Shown: in pieces, positions 10,704 through 22,790 of the stretch
How positions within the stretch are numbered: the stretch's first letter is position 1
Layout of the letters: each line of letters opens with the position of its first letter
Source of the DNA: Octopus bimaculoides
Taxonomy: Eukaryota
NCBI RefSeq assembly: GCF_001194135.2
Contig: NC_069005.1
Coordinates: 29,586,645-29,641,470 of the forward strand
Reading direction: 5' to 3'
Length of the DNA: 54,826 nt
Notes under the pieces: model-generated
The model's input: only the letters and a program-made list of their open reading frames with translations
Told to the model about the DNA's origin: nothing
Database searches by the model: none
Position numbers and translations under genes: made by a program

Positions 10704-10831
10704 CAAACAAGGGAATCTAGCACCCCCACTCAGCTCAAAGTTATTCTGTACTGATGAAGGGAAATAACCCAGAAATCGTGATACATAGATATTGTTTTGA
10801 GCCAAGTGGGGGTGCTAAATTCCCTTGTTTG
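10704..10831. repeat. 36 bp inverted repeat enclosing a degenerate hammerhead-like core
   Basis: Arms 10704-10739 and 10796-10831 differ at 3 positions. The loop contains CTGATGA a ggg aaataa ccc a GAAA. Confidence 0.85.
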
Positions 10832-11169
10832 AAAATATAAGGACACAGATCGTGTCGTATAGCCAGCTGGAGATGATGTCTCTTGGGGCTAAATTACAGC
10901 AACATTTGTCCTAAACCAGGACTGCTATGTTATGTTGGCAAAGAATCTTTACTACAAAGTACTGTTGTTGAATATCTCGCATTGTGAGATTTAAAATTAG
11001 TAATTTTCTAATAACGAAAATAATTGTAACAAATAATTACAATTGCTATCCTGGTTTTTTTCTAATTTTGATAGCAATTTAAAAATATAGTTTCTAATTT
11101 AGGTACAAGGCCAGCAGTTTTAGTGCTTGTAGGCTTAGTCAATTCCATCAACCCCTAACACTTGACTGG

Positions 11170-11485
11170 GTGGTGGTGGTGGTGATGACAACGGCAAGGA
11201 GGATTGTGATGGTGTAAAAGAAGAGACACAGAGGAGGAAGAGGAGTAGGAACACGAGAACAAAGTGGAGAAATTTTTGTTTGTTTGTTTGGTCAAGGTTA
11301 TGTGGTAATGAGGAAGTAATGTTGGTAGTGAGATGTATGTGTGTCAAATATAATGGTACAAATGATGACAACAATGATGAGGATGATGACAATGATAATT
11401 ATGGTGGTGGTGGTGGTGGCGGTGGTGATGAAAATGATGATGATGATGATAATAATTGTGGTGGTGGTGGTGGTGATGAAAATGA

Positions 11486-11519
<34 letters not shown>

Positions 11520-11592
11520 GGTGGTGGTGGTGGTGTTGAATGATAAACGAAGAAGGAATAATAACAAAAGAAGGATGTAGAAAATGAAGATA
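11170..11592. repeat. Low-complexity (GGT)n/(GAT)n tract running into an assembly gap
   Basis: Direct reading. It generates the poly-G/D/V/M ORFs in the track. Confidence 0.9.
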
Positions 11593-12219
11593 NNNNNNNN
11601 NNNNNNNNNNNNNNNNNNNNNNNNNNNNNNNNNNNNNNNNNNNNNNNNNNNNNNNNNNNNNNNNNNNNNNNNNNNNNNNNNNNNNNNNNNNNNNNNNNNN
11701 NNNNNNNNNNNNNNNNNNNNNNNNNNNNNNNNNNNNNNNNNNNNNNNNNNNNNNNNNNNNNNNNNNNNNNNNNNNNNNNNNNNNNNNNNNNNNNNNNNNN
11801 NNNNNNNNNNNNNNNNNNNNNNNNNNNNNNNNNNNNNNNNNNNNNNNNNNNNNNNNNNNNNNNNNNNNNNNNNNNNNNNNNNNNNNNNNNNNNNNNNNNN
11901 NNNNNNNNNNNNNNNNNNNNNNNNNNNNNNNNNNNNNNNNNNNNNNNNNNNNNNNNNNNNNNNNNNNNNNNNNNNNNNNNNNNNNNNNNNNNNNNNNNNN
12001 NNNNNNNNNNNNNNNNNNNNNNNNNNNNNNAAGGATGGGAGGTGGGGGGTGTCATTGAAATGAATTAGTGACAAAATAAAAAAAACCGTTCAAACATTCT
12101 AATTGAAAGCAAACAACATGCAACCCTCATCAACCCCCACCTCGTCCCTCTATCTGTCTGTCTGTCTGTCTATCCCTTTATTTTTATTCACGTGTGTGTG
12201 TGTGTGTGTGTGTGTATTG

Positions 12220-12325
12220 ATTTCAAATTTTGGCACAAGGCCAGAAATTTCAGGGGCTGAGCGGGGTATAAGTCGATTACAGCGCCCCCAGTGCTCAACT
12301 GGTTCTTATTTTGTCGACCTCAAAG
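12220..12325 (-). mobile_element. Family A SINE 3' fragment
   Basis: TTTCAAATTTTGGCACAAGGCCAG...CCCCAGTGCTCAACTGG motif, as in 41950-42168. Confidence 0.7.
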
Positions 12326-12719
12326 GACACTCTTATACATATTCACACATACACACAGAGAAAAGCAAATCATTTCACATGCACACATACACACTCTTAT
12401 ATTTGCACACACCCGCACACTCATACACACAGATTCACTACACACACACACACACACACATGTAATAATTGTGCTATAACAAAGAAAACAGAAAACGGCA
12501 AATTTCTTTCTGAAAAAAAGATAATTCGGTGGATCAATAATGACATCATAAATAGAAATCAATCAAAATAAATTGAAATCAATAAAAATTATTGATGAAT
12601 AAATGAGAAAACAAGATAAATTAATTAATTATTCAAAAGAAAAAATATCTTTCATTTTTCATTTGGTTCCCTTTTTTTTTTATGAATATTTCTTTATTTT
12701 ATCATCTTTTATTTTTTAC

Positions 12720-12953
12720 TTCTTTCAGTCATTAGACTGTGGCCATGCTGGGGCACCACCTTGAAGGATTTTTCTGTCTTACTCTGGGACTTATTCTATC
12801 GGGTTTTTATTTTTTGCTGGGCTGCTAAGTTACAGGGATATAAACACACCAACACCGGTTGTCAAACGGTGATGGTGGTGGGACAAACACACACACACAC
12901 ACACACACACATACATATGACAGACTTCTTTTCAGTTTCCATCTACAAAATCT
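12720..12953 (-). mobile_element. Family B SINE, truncated by a gap
   Basis: TCTTTCAGTCATTAGACTGTGGCCATGCTGGGGCACC is the reverse complement of the family B tail. Confidence 0.8.
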
Positions 12954-13771
12954 NNNNNNNNNNNNNNNNNNNNNNNNNNNNNNNNNNNNNNNNNNNNNNN
13001 NNNNNNNNNNNNNNNNNNNNNNNNNNNNNNNNNNNNNNNNNNNNNNNNNNNNNNNNNNNNNNNNNNNNNNNNNNNNNNNNNNNNNNNNNNNNNNNNNNNN
13101 NNNNNNNNNNNNNNNNNNNNNNNNNNNNNNNNNNNNNNNNNNNNNNNNNNNNNNNNNNNNNNNNNNNNNNNNNNNNNNNNNNNNNNNNNNNNNNNNNNNN
13201 NNNNNNNNNNNNNNNNNNNNNNNNNNNNNNNNNNNNNNNNNNNNNNNNNNNNNNNNNNNNNNNNNNNNNNNNNNNNNNNNNNNNNNNNNNNNNNNNNNNN
13301 NNNNNNNNNNNNNNNNNNNNNNNNNNNNNNNNNNNNNNNNNNNNNNNNNNNNNNNNNNNNNNNNNNNNNNNNNNNNNNNNNNNNNNNNNNNNNNNNNNNN
13401 NNNNNNNNNNNNNNNNNNNNNNNNNNNNNNNNNNNNNNNNNNNNNNNNNNNNNNNNNNNNNNNNNNNNNNNNNNNNNNNNNNNNNNNNNNNNNNNNNNNN
13501 NNNNNNNNNNNNNNNNNNNNNNNNNNNNNNNNNNNNNNNNNNNNNNNNNNNNNNNNNNNNNNNNNNNNNNNNNNNNNNNNNNNNNNNNNNNNNNNNNNNN
13601 NNNNNNNNNNNNNNNNNNNNNNNNNNNNNNNNNNNNNNNNNNNNNNNNNNNNNNNNNNNNNNNNNNNNNNNNNNNNNNNNNNNNNNNNNNNNNNNNNNNN
13701 NNNNNNNNNNNNNNNNNNNNNNNNNNNNNNNNNNNNNNNNNNNNNNNNNNNNNNNNNNNNNNGAAAGTGTT

Positions 13772-14110
13772 TTGTGTAGAATGTGTGCAGTACCCAGTAG
13801 TGCAATTTTCTGTATGTTATATATATTTGTAAGTCCTGGTATTTTTGTTATGTATTTGTCTGAACATTTTTTTATTATACCTAAGGCACCTACTATGATA
13901 GGAATTGTTTCTGTTTTTAGATTCCACATTCAAGTTATCTCTATTTCCAGGTCTTTGTATTTTGAAAGTTTTTCCATTTCTTTTAGAGAAACGTTGTCAT
14001 CTGCTGGTATTGATACATCAATTAGAAAGCATTTTTTTTCTTCATGATCTTTGACAACTATATCTGGTCTATTTTCCTTAATTTCTCTATCTGTGTGTAT
14101 TGGCATATCC
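13772..14110 (-). pseudogene. 3' fragment of a non-LTR retrotransposon ORF with restriction-like endonuclease (R4/Dong-like)
   Basis: DMPIHTDREIKENRPDIVVKDHEEKKCFLIDVSIP...EKLSKYKDLEIEIT*MWNLKTETIPIIVGALG...IQKIALLGTAHIL carries the RPD..D..K..KY RLE motif. The internal TGA is consistent with CGA>TGA decay. The clade assignment is inference. Confidence 0.85.
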
Positions 14111-14345
14111 CGTGGTGAGCTGGTAGAATTGTTAGCACGCTGGGCGCAATGCTTAACAGCATTTTGTCCGGCTTCATGTTCTGAGTTCAAATTCTGCCGA
14201 GGTTGACTTTGCCTTTCATCCTTTTGGAGTTGATAAATTAAGTACCAGTTGAGTACTGGGGGTGGATCGATGTAATCGAATAGCTCCCTCCCCCAAACTT
14301 TCAGGCCTTGTGCCTTTAGTAAAAAGGATTATCATTATCATCATT
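14111..14345 (+). mobile_element. Family A SINE
   Basis: GGTGAGCTGGTAGAATTGTTAGC head, GAGTTCAAATTC B box, Meta-like core and (ATT)n tail. Confidence 0.88.
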
Positions 14346-14431
14346 ATTATTATTATTAGGATTGTGATAATTATTATTATTGTTTGTTTTCTTATATCTT
14401 TATCTGAAATCTGTATGAATGTGTGTATGTG

Positions 14432-14465
<34 letters not shown>

Positions 14466-15279
14466 GCTTTATGTTCATTTATGTTTTATTCATATATTCA
14501 ATGCATGAAGGCTTGTGTGCGTGCGTGTGTGCATGCGTGTGTGTGTGTGTATGTGTATTATGTGTGCATATGTCCATGTGCATAGGTGTGCACATATGTA
14601 TTAGTCTGTTTATGAGTGTGTGTGTGTGTGTGTGTGTATTTGTCTATATGTTAATATCTATGTATGTGTGCATAAGACGAAAAGAAAGACAGAAAGAAAG
14701 TTAGAGAGAGAGAGATTGAAAGAGAGAGAGAGAGATTGAAAGAGAGAGAGAGAGAGATTGAAAGAGAGAGAGAGGGGTAGAGAGATAAAAAGACAGAAAG
14801 AGAGGATATTTAGTGAAAAGAGAGTGAGACAAGGTGAGTGGCAGAAAAGTCAGAGGGCATCTATTAGGGGAGGAGGAGGAGAAGGAGGAGAGAGTGTGTG
14901 TGAGTGTGTGGGGGGTGTTAGATGGAGAGATAATATGCATGAAAAGGATGAAATGAGAGAGGAAGAGAGGGTGAGAAGCATGGAAGGGTCACTGAGTGTT
15001 GAGAGGATAAAAGAGAAGGGAACTTTCCCACGGGGCCTTGAGAGGAATTGAATATGTCAGTTTTGGAAGAGGGAAGAGGGAAGTTATCATTGATCCATAG
15101 CAACAACAAAACATAAACAACAGAAATATTTTTGAACTGGAACACCGGGGTGGGGGTGGGGGGTGGAATAACATCTCCATGTGGTCACATGACCTGTTAG
15201 AAATACCAGCCAAGTCATCTTTACATCACTCACAAGCTTCATTTGGCTCAAAGTTCCAAGATGATTATATATATGTCAT

Positions 15280-15470
15280 CATCATCATCGTTTAACATCC
15301 GTTGTCCATGCTGGCATGGGTTGGACAGTTTGACCAGGGCTGGTCAGCTGGAAGGCTGCATCAGAATATCAGTCTGGTTTGGCATCGTTTTCTATGGCTG
15401 GATGCCCTTCTTAACACCAACCACTCTGAGAGTATAATGGGTGCTTTTACGTGCCACTGGCATGGGTGAT
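15280..15470 (-). mobile_element. RTE LINE 3' UTR fragment
   Basis: Reverse complement of the tail that follows an RTE ORF end at 40260-40420 (AGGAAGGGCATCCAGC...CATGGA...(TGA)n). Confidence 0.8.
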
Positions 15471-15720
15471 ATGCACCAATTCACACAGCTAAAGTTTTAC
15501 TGAATGGCACGAGGAACATTCTAGTGAAGTTGAACATCTTATCTGGCCACTACAGTCCCCAGATCTCAAAATTATTGAACATTTATGGTGCATTTTAGAA
15601 AAACAAGTTAGTAGTCGATATCGTCCACCATCATCACTACAAGAATTGGAGACTGTTTTAGCTGAAGAACGGACAAAACTTCCTTTGGAAACAATTCAAA
15701 CTTTGTACAAGTCCATACTC
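15470..15720 (+). pseudogene. Tc1-family transposase C-terminal fragment
   Basis: APIHTAKV-(frameshift)-TEWHEEHSSEVEHLIWPLQSPDLKIIEHLWCILEKQV...LYKSI matches the Tc1 WPxQSPDLNPIEHLW motif. Confidence 0.88.
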
Positions 15721-15878
15721 TCTGAGTGGTTGGCATTAGGAAGGGCATCCAGCTGTAGAAACTCTGCCAAATCAGATTGGAGCCTGGTGTAGCCATCTGG
15801 TTTCACCAGTCCTCAGTCAAATCGTCCAACCCATGATAGCATGGAAAGCGGACGTTAAACGACGACGATGATGATGAT

Positions 15879-15880
<2 letters not shown>
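15721..15880 (+). mobile_element. RTE LINE 3' UTR fragment
   Basis: GAGTGGTTGGCATTAGGAAGGGCATCCAGCTGTAGAAAC...GCATGGAAAGCGGACGTTAAACGACGACGATGATGATG. Confidence 0.85.
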
Positions 15881-15918
<38 letters not shown>

Positions 15919-15942
15919 TACACACACACACACACTCACACA

Positions 15943-16020
<78 letters not shown>

Positions 16021-16409
16021 CAGACAGACATCTATACTTACATCAAGGCTTTCAAAGTATGTTACCGAGAGGGAGAGAGAGAGAGACAGACAGACAGACA
16101 GAGAGAATGACACACGTGTGTGTGTGTGTGTGTGTGTGCGTACAGACACTCATATATGACATATGCAAGCTATCTATTTAACTCTCTACCTCCATATATT
16201 ATGTGTGTGTGCATGTACATGTGCCCGAGGAAATGTATTTATATATGTGTGTGTGGTCATATGTATGCCGGGCTGGCGATGGTGGTGACAGCGGTGACAC
16301 AGGCGTGCGTGGTTGTATGCATGACTAAATACATATGTGTGTGCGTGTGTGTGTGTGTGTGCACACGTGAGTGTGTGTCATATATTTTATAAGACCAAGA
16401 GTACAGCTG

Positions 16410-16450
<41 letters not shown>

Positions 16451-16939
16451 AGAGGAGGAAGCGAAGACAATAAATGAGGTGGAAGAGACGAAGGTAGAGG
16501 AGGAGGAGGAGGAGGAAGTGCGGTGGCGGAGCAGGAAGAGAAAAAAGGAGGGGGTGCAGGTGAGGCGGAGGTGGTGGTGGTGGTGGTGGTGCTTTCGTTG
16601 GAACTACCTTTCCTCTCGCAGAAGCAAATTGTCACACTAGCAATCACCAGTAGTAGCCACGGTACCACCAACGCCATGATGATGATGATGATTGTCATCA
16701 TGATGACAACGACACCACCCTATCATCACCACCACCAGCACTATCACCAAAACTATTACTACCACTACCACACCAGCATGTAGTGTCAGCGTACAGTACC
16801 ACCATCCCCACCACCACCAGCACTGTCACAAAACTACCAGCACCACCACACCAGCATGTAGTGTCAGCGTATAGTACTACGATCACCACCACCACCACTA
16901 CCACTGCTGCCACATTAACATACTTCAGCCCAACCTTCA

Positions 16940-17235
16940 ACAAGGGAGCTTCTTCTAGATGGTCGTTTCACCTGCTTGAAATAGCAGCCAAAATTTCCAT
17001 CAAATCTTGTCTGCAAGGACATGGATAATGTTGCGCTTGGTTCTCTGCACAAAGGTGGAAAGTAGGGATGGTCACGCCTGGAAATGCTTTCGATCCTATT
17101 TCTTCTTGACCAGGGCTGACCTGGAGCTTCAAACGACAACAATAGCAACGACTGAAACTAACTGGGGGCTCACCATTGAAATATGCTGATCATAGGGTCT
17201 ACCTGGCCTCAGCTGGCCTGGGGCTAAACAATCAA
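16940..17235 (+). mobile_element. SINE-like repeat (family D)
   Basis: GAAATAGCAGCCAAAAT...AGGGATGGTCACGCCTGGAAATGC...GGGGCTAAACAATCAA. Confidence 0.55.
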
Positions 17236-18773
17236 TCTCTACCTCCACGACAGTCATCATCATCATTATCATCAACACCATCGTTATCACCATCACTGCC
17301 GCCAGCACCACCAGCACCACCACCACTGCTACTGCCACCACCACCACCACCACCACCANNNNNNNNNNNNNNNNNNNNNNNNNNNNNNNNNNNNNNNNNN
17401 NNNNNNNNNNNNNNNNNNNNNNNNNNNNNNNNNNNNNNNNNNNNNNNNNNNNNNNNNNNNNNNNNNNNNNNNNNNNNNNNNNNNNNNNNNNNNNNNNNNN
17501 NNNNNNNNNNNNNNNNNNNNNNNNNNNNNNNNNNNNNNNNNNNNNNNNNNNNNNNNNNNNNNNNNNNNNNNNNNNNNNNNNNNNNNNNNNNNNNNNNNNN
17601 NNNNNNNNNNNNNNNNNNNNNNNNNNNNNNNNNNNNNNNNNNNNNNNNNNNNNNNNNNNNNNNNNNNNNNNNNNNNNNNNNNNNNNNNNNNNNNNNNNNN
17701 NNNNNNNNNNNNNNNNNNNNNNNNNNNNNNNNNNNNNNNNNNNNNNNNNNNNNNNNNNNNNNNNNNNNNNNNNNNNNNNNNNNNNNNNNNNNNNNNNNNN
17801 NNNNNNNNNNNNNNNNNNNNNNNNNNNNNNNNNNNNNNNNNNNNNNNNNNNNNNNNNNNNNNNNNNNNNNNNNNNNNNNNNNNNNNNNNNNNNNNNNNNN
17901 NNNNNNNNNNNNNNNNNNNNNNNNNNNNNNNNNNNNNNNNNNNNNNNNNNNNNNNNNNNNNNNNNNNNNNNNNNNNNNNNNNNNNNNNNNNNNNNNNNNN
18001 NNNNNNNNNNNNNNNNNNNNNNNNNNNNNNNNNNNNNNNNNNNNNNNNNNNNNNNNNNNNNNNNNNNNNNNNNNNNNNNNNNNNNCACCCACTACCACCA
18101 CCACCACCACCACCACCACAACCACCACCCACTACTATTACAACCACCACCCACTACTATTACAACCACCACCACTACCACCACCACCACCACCACCACC
18201 CACTACTACTACTGCTGCTGCTGCCGTCACTACCATGGTGTCTTGGTCTCTAAAAAAACTGGTATCATTGTTGTCAGATGAAATGTCATCTTAAATGCTA
18301 CACAATGGCTGATGAGGTCAAACAGAGAGAAACAGACACATTCACATGCATGCACACAGACGCACACGTACACACACCCATACATGTGTACATACAATCA
18401 TTTATACATAGATACGTACACACATATATATTTGCACATATACGCATACACAAACATATGCAAGAGACACACACATGCACACGCACATACCCAAACATAT
18501 ACACACCTGTATAGACGGACACGGGCGTAAACACGATGCAGATGAAAACATATACGTTTGCTTGCATCAGCATATCTGCACTTGCACACCCACACACACA
18601 ACCACGCGCATGCACACATGTGCAACCTAAAGATGGAGCTTCAATGCAGTTGTTTGATTTGCTAGAAATAGCAGCTGTGTCATGCCCTCCTTCTTTTTTT
18701 CATGCATTAACCCTTCTAATTGAGGTTGGCTTTTAGAAGGAAAGAGACAGCTGTGAGAGAGAGAGAGAGAGAG

Positions 18774-18809
<36 letters not shown>

Positions 18810-19294
18810 TATGAATAAATGACAAGATGTTTGTGGCTGTGTGAGTGTTTGCAGTGTTGACAGTACGATGGTGGAGGTGGCAAAGGAGTTACAAATCATT
18901 AATCTTGATGTGATGGCAGCTTTTACACCAACCTTTGTATCCATCCCTTCACCCATCGTTGAAACCACAGCCGAACCAGGATTTGGGTTTCCCCTGTACC
19001 ATGCTAGCCCCTTGGATCTTCACACAGAATGGCAGTTGATTAAATTGACCCTCACCCAAGTACTTGACCGGTTCTCTATTCTATCAACCTTGGTAGGGAG
19101 AAAGCAACAGTTGGTCTTTTCAGGATTTGAACTTGAAACATAAAAAAACAAGGGAATGATTATTGCAAGGCAATTTGCCTGATACTTTAATGCAGCCAGG
19201 GGCAAAGTGCATTGCACAGGACTTTCTGAATAGGATGGCATCGAAAAACTACCTTGAATTGTTTTCATAGTGTAGCTAGACTGAAGATGAGCCA

Positions 19295-20095
19295 TATTTC
19301 ATGTAGTCTACGAGCCATGTCTCATGTGGCTTTCCTAATGATGAACCATGTCTCATGCAGCCAGCATGATGATGAGCCATGTCTCATGTGGCCAGTCTGA
19401 TGATGATCCATGTCTCATGTGACCAGTCTGATGATGATCCATGTCTCATGTGGCCAGTCTGATGATGATCCATGTCTCATGAGGCCAGCCTGATGATAAT
19501 CCATGTCTCATGTGGCCCAGCATGATGATGATCCATGTCTGATGGGGCCAGTCTGATGATGATCCATGTCTCATGGNNNNNNNNNNNNNNNNNNNNNNNN
19601 NNNNNNNNNNNNNNNNNNNNNNNNNNNNNNNNNNNNNNNNNNNNNNNNNNNNNNNNNNNNNNNNNNNNNNNNNNNNNNNNNNNNNNNNNNNNNNNNNNNN
19701 NNNNNNNNNNNNNNNNNNNNNNNNNNNNNNNNNNNNNNNNNNNNNNNNNNNNNNNNNNNNNNNNNNNNNNNNNNNNNNNNNNNNNNNNNNNNNNNNNNNN
19801 NNNNNNNNNNACCAGTCTGATGATGATCCATGTCTCATGTGGCCAGTCTGATGATGATCCATGTCTCATGAGGCCAGCCTGATGATAATCCATGTCTCAT
19901 GTGGCCCAGCATGATGATGATCCATGTCTGATGGGGCCAGTCTGATGATGATCCATGTCTCATGGGGCCAGCATGATGATGATCCATGTCTCATGTGGCC
20001 AGTCTGATAATGAACCATGTCTCATGCAGTCCACCTGATGATGAGCAGAGCCTCATGCAGCCCACCTCATTATGAGCCTCGTTTCATGCAGCCTG
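19295..20095. repeat. 31 bp minisatellite array spanning a gap
   Basis: Unit ATGATGATCCATGTCTCATGTGGCCAGTCTG, with units degenerating towards both ends. Confidence 0.95.
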
Positions 20096-20780
20096 TGTGA
20101 CGAGGAGCCCTGTCTGGTCTCATACTTCTACCAGCCTATCAGTTTCTGCCTTAAAACAAGAAGAATACATTGGATCATAGGCTTGGAGATCTAGGATTGT
20201 GAAATCTAGGTCTGTGCTGCTTTGGAAATCTAGGGTTGTGTTGCCCTTCCATACAGTACTAAACAGTAAAAATAGAATAAGATAAAATAAAATATATAAG
20301 AAATAAACAAAACCGTTTCTAGAGTTAGCAAAATACACGGGAATCAGAATCCTGCAAGTTAAAATGTCATAGATCATTGGGTTTGCTGGATCATCAGAAT
20401 TGATCTGAAATTGATTGTGGTGTTAGACTTGGCAAGAGATCAAGGAGGAAGAGGCAGAGAGACTTAATATTTGATAGAAACATAGGAATGCTATTGTGAC
20501 ATACAAATGGCCTTGTGCGTTTTAAACAAACAACAATAACTTGAATTGAATTCTGATGGGGGAATTTATATATATATATACATACATATACATATATATA
20601 TACACACACACCATACATATATACACACATACATATATACACACACGTATATATATATTTATGTATACATAGCTTAAAAGTCACACTCTGTGTAGATTTT
20701 TATGCTAATTCTTGTAGAAGTCTAATTGGGCCTGCAGCCCCAAAACATAGAGCAAAATATTAATAAAGCATTTATTGGTA

Positions 20781-20838
20781 CCCTACCAATATGGTATTAC
20801 CCTACCAATATGGTATTATTCTACCAATATGGTATTAC
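20781..20838. repeat. 19 bp tandem repeat x3
   Basis: CCCTACCAATATGGTATTA units start at 20781, 20800 and 20819. Confidence 0.9.
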
Positions 20839-20905
20839 TTTAAATTCAGTTTAAATGAAAAACTTTTAAGCTCACAAATTTTTGGAGTTCTTTTAAAATT
20901 TGAAT

Positions 20906-21232
20906 GTAATTGAGATACAGGGGTCCCAGATAGACAGAATTTCACTTTTATTAATATACATAATGTACTGTTCCAAGATGGTAAGATCAACAAAAAGAGG
21001 ACTCCATCTGGTGAGAGATAAATATCATTTAATAGACTCAATACATGTTTTTATGAACTACTGATAGTATATTATCATATCATCATTGTTTAATGTCCGC
21101 TTTCCATGCTAGCATGGGTTGGACGATTTGACTGAGGACTGGTGATCCAGAGGGCTGCACCAGGCTCCAATATGATCTGGCAGAGCTTCTACAGCTGGAT
21201 GCCCTTCCTAATGCCAACCACTCTGAAAGTGT

Positions 21233-21272
<40 letters not shown>

Positions 21273-21316
21273 ATAAGTGGAATTCTATCTGTCTGGGACC
21301 CCTGTATCTCCATTTA
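20906..21316. mobile_element. MITE-like element with ~34-40 bp terminal inverted repeats
   Basis: GAGATACAGGGGTCCCAGATAGACAGAATTTCAC (20912-20945) versus its reverse complement at 21277-21310, 3 mismatches. Confidence 0.65.
21085..21235 (-). mobile_element. RTE 3' UTR fragment nested inside the MITE
   Basis: TTTAATGTCCGCTTTCCATGCTAGCATGGGTTGGACG...GGATGCCCTTCCTAATGCCAACC. Confidence 0.85.
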
Positions 21317-22699
21317 CTTTTGCTCTACAGAGACATATTATAGCTTTTTGGAATCAGGATGATTCCAGAATTGAAAATCTGCCCTTAATTTAGTTCTTGA
21401 ACATCCAGCATTAGGATCTGATTTAAAAGCATTTGGGTTGCTACTTACCACAACAGGTAAAGCTTGACTGATTCATGCCATCTTGGTTGGTGTTTGTTTG
21501 TCAGATGATGTCAGGAATCAAGGGCTGGGGTATGATAAATGACATTTGCTTCGTTAATTTTACGTTGAGATAAGAACTGTTGGGATAGGAACAATAGAAT
21601 GATTGCATAATAGAATTAATTCTCATCCGGCTTTAACCTCTGGTCAAACACCACCAAGGCATGTGGTCATCATAAATGTATTATAGTCATGGCATTTAGC
21701 CCTCTTTAGTTTTGGGCCACAGTCGCAATTAGCCCTCTACAAGAGCTAGCCTAAAAGTCCATGCAGAGTGCAGCTTTTAACCTAGTATATTATATATATA
21801 TATATATATATNNNNNNNNNNNNNNNNNNNNNNNNNNNNNNNNNNNNNNNNNNNNNNNNNNNNNNNNNNNNNNNNNNNNNNNNNNNNNNNNNNNNNNNNN
21901 NNNNNNNNNNNNNNNNNNNNNNNNNNNNNNNNNNNNNNNNNNNNNNNNNNNNNNNNNNNNNNNNNNNNNNNNNNNNNNNNNNNNNNNNNNNNNNNNNNNN
22001 NNNNNNNNNNNNNNNNNNNNNNNNNNNNNNNNNNNNNNNNNNNNNNNNNNNNNNNNNNNNNNNNNNNNNNNNNAAATGCTCATGTGAATGCAAATTTCTA
22101 TATGTGTGTGCTTATTGAAATGGAGCCCAGCCATAACCATCTTTACCTGTCTATCAATCTATTTTATATATATATATATATATATACATAAAATGGGCTT
22201 CCATACTGTTTATGTCTAACAAATTTTATTCCACATGTAAAAATGCACTTGTGCCAGTGCTGCGTAAATGCACCCATGCCGGTGGCACATTCAGAAGCAC
22301 CTCTGTAAAGTGATTCGCATTAAGGAGAGCATCCAGCTGTAGAAGCCATGCCACAACAGACAATTTGGACACTGGTCAGCTTGAGGGTGGAGCTTGCAGT
22401 AGAAGAAACTCATACAAAGTGCCATGCAATGGGATTGAACCTAAAACCTTATAATTGCAAAGCAAACTGCTCAAACACTCATCCAGGCCTGCACGAATCC
22501 AAATGACAAATGCCCAGCCGACTGGGGTTTGTCTTTGATACACGGTGCATTGGCCTGTCTCTCAGACTTTGTGTAACTAAGGCACCGTCACACATTCACA
22601 TACATGCAATAGGCACAAGAACGGATGCAGGACATGCAAAGATGTACACACACAGGGAACTACATGTACACGCCCACACACACACATACATACACATAC

Positions 22700-22758
22700 A
22701 TTCATAAACACCCACACTTCCATAAACACCCATTTCGATAAGCACATGTAGAAACTTC

Positions 22759-22790
<32 letters not shown>

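Noticed and set aside
13930-14190. ORF MNSEHEAGQNAVKHC... as a gene
   Set aside because: It is a chimera. The first ~27 residues are antisense SINE and the rest is the retrotransposon RLE domain.
19295-20095. 31 bp array as CRISPR, hammerhead array or C/D snoRNA cluster (each unit has ATGATGA and CTGA)
   Set aside because: There are no unique spacers and no GAAA/stem II. The C- and D-like boxes overlap inside a TGA microsatellite, with no terminal stems.
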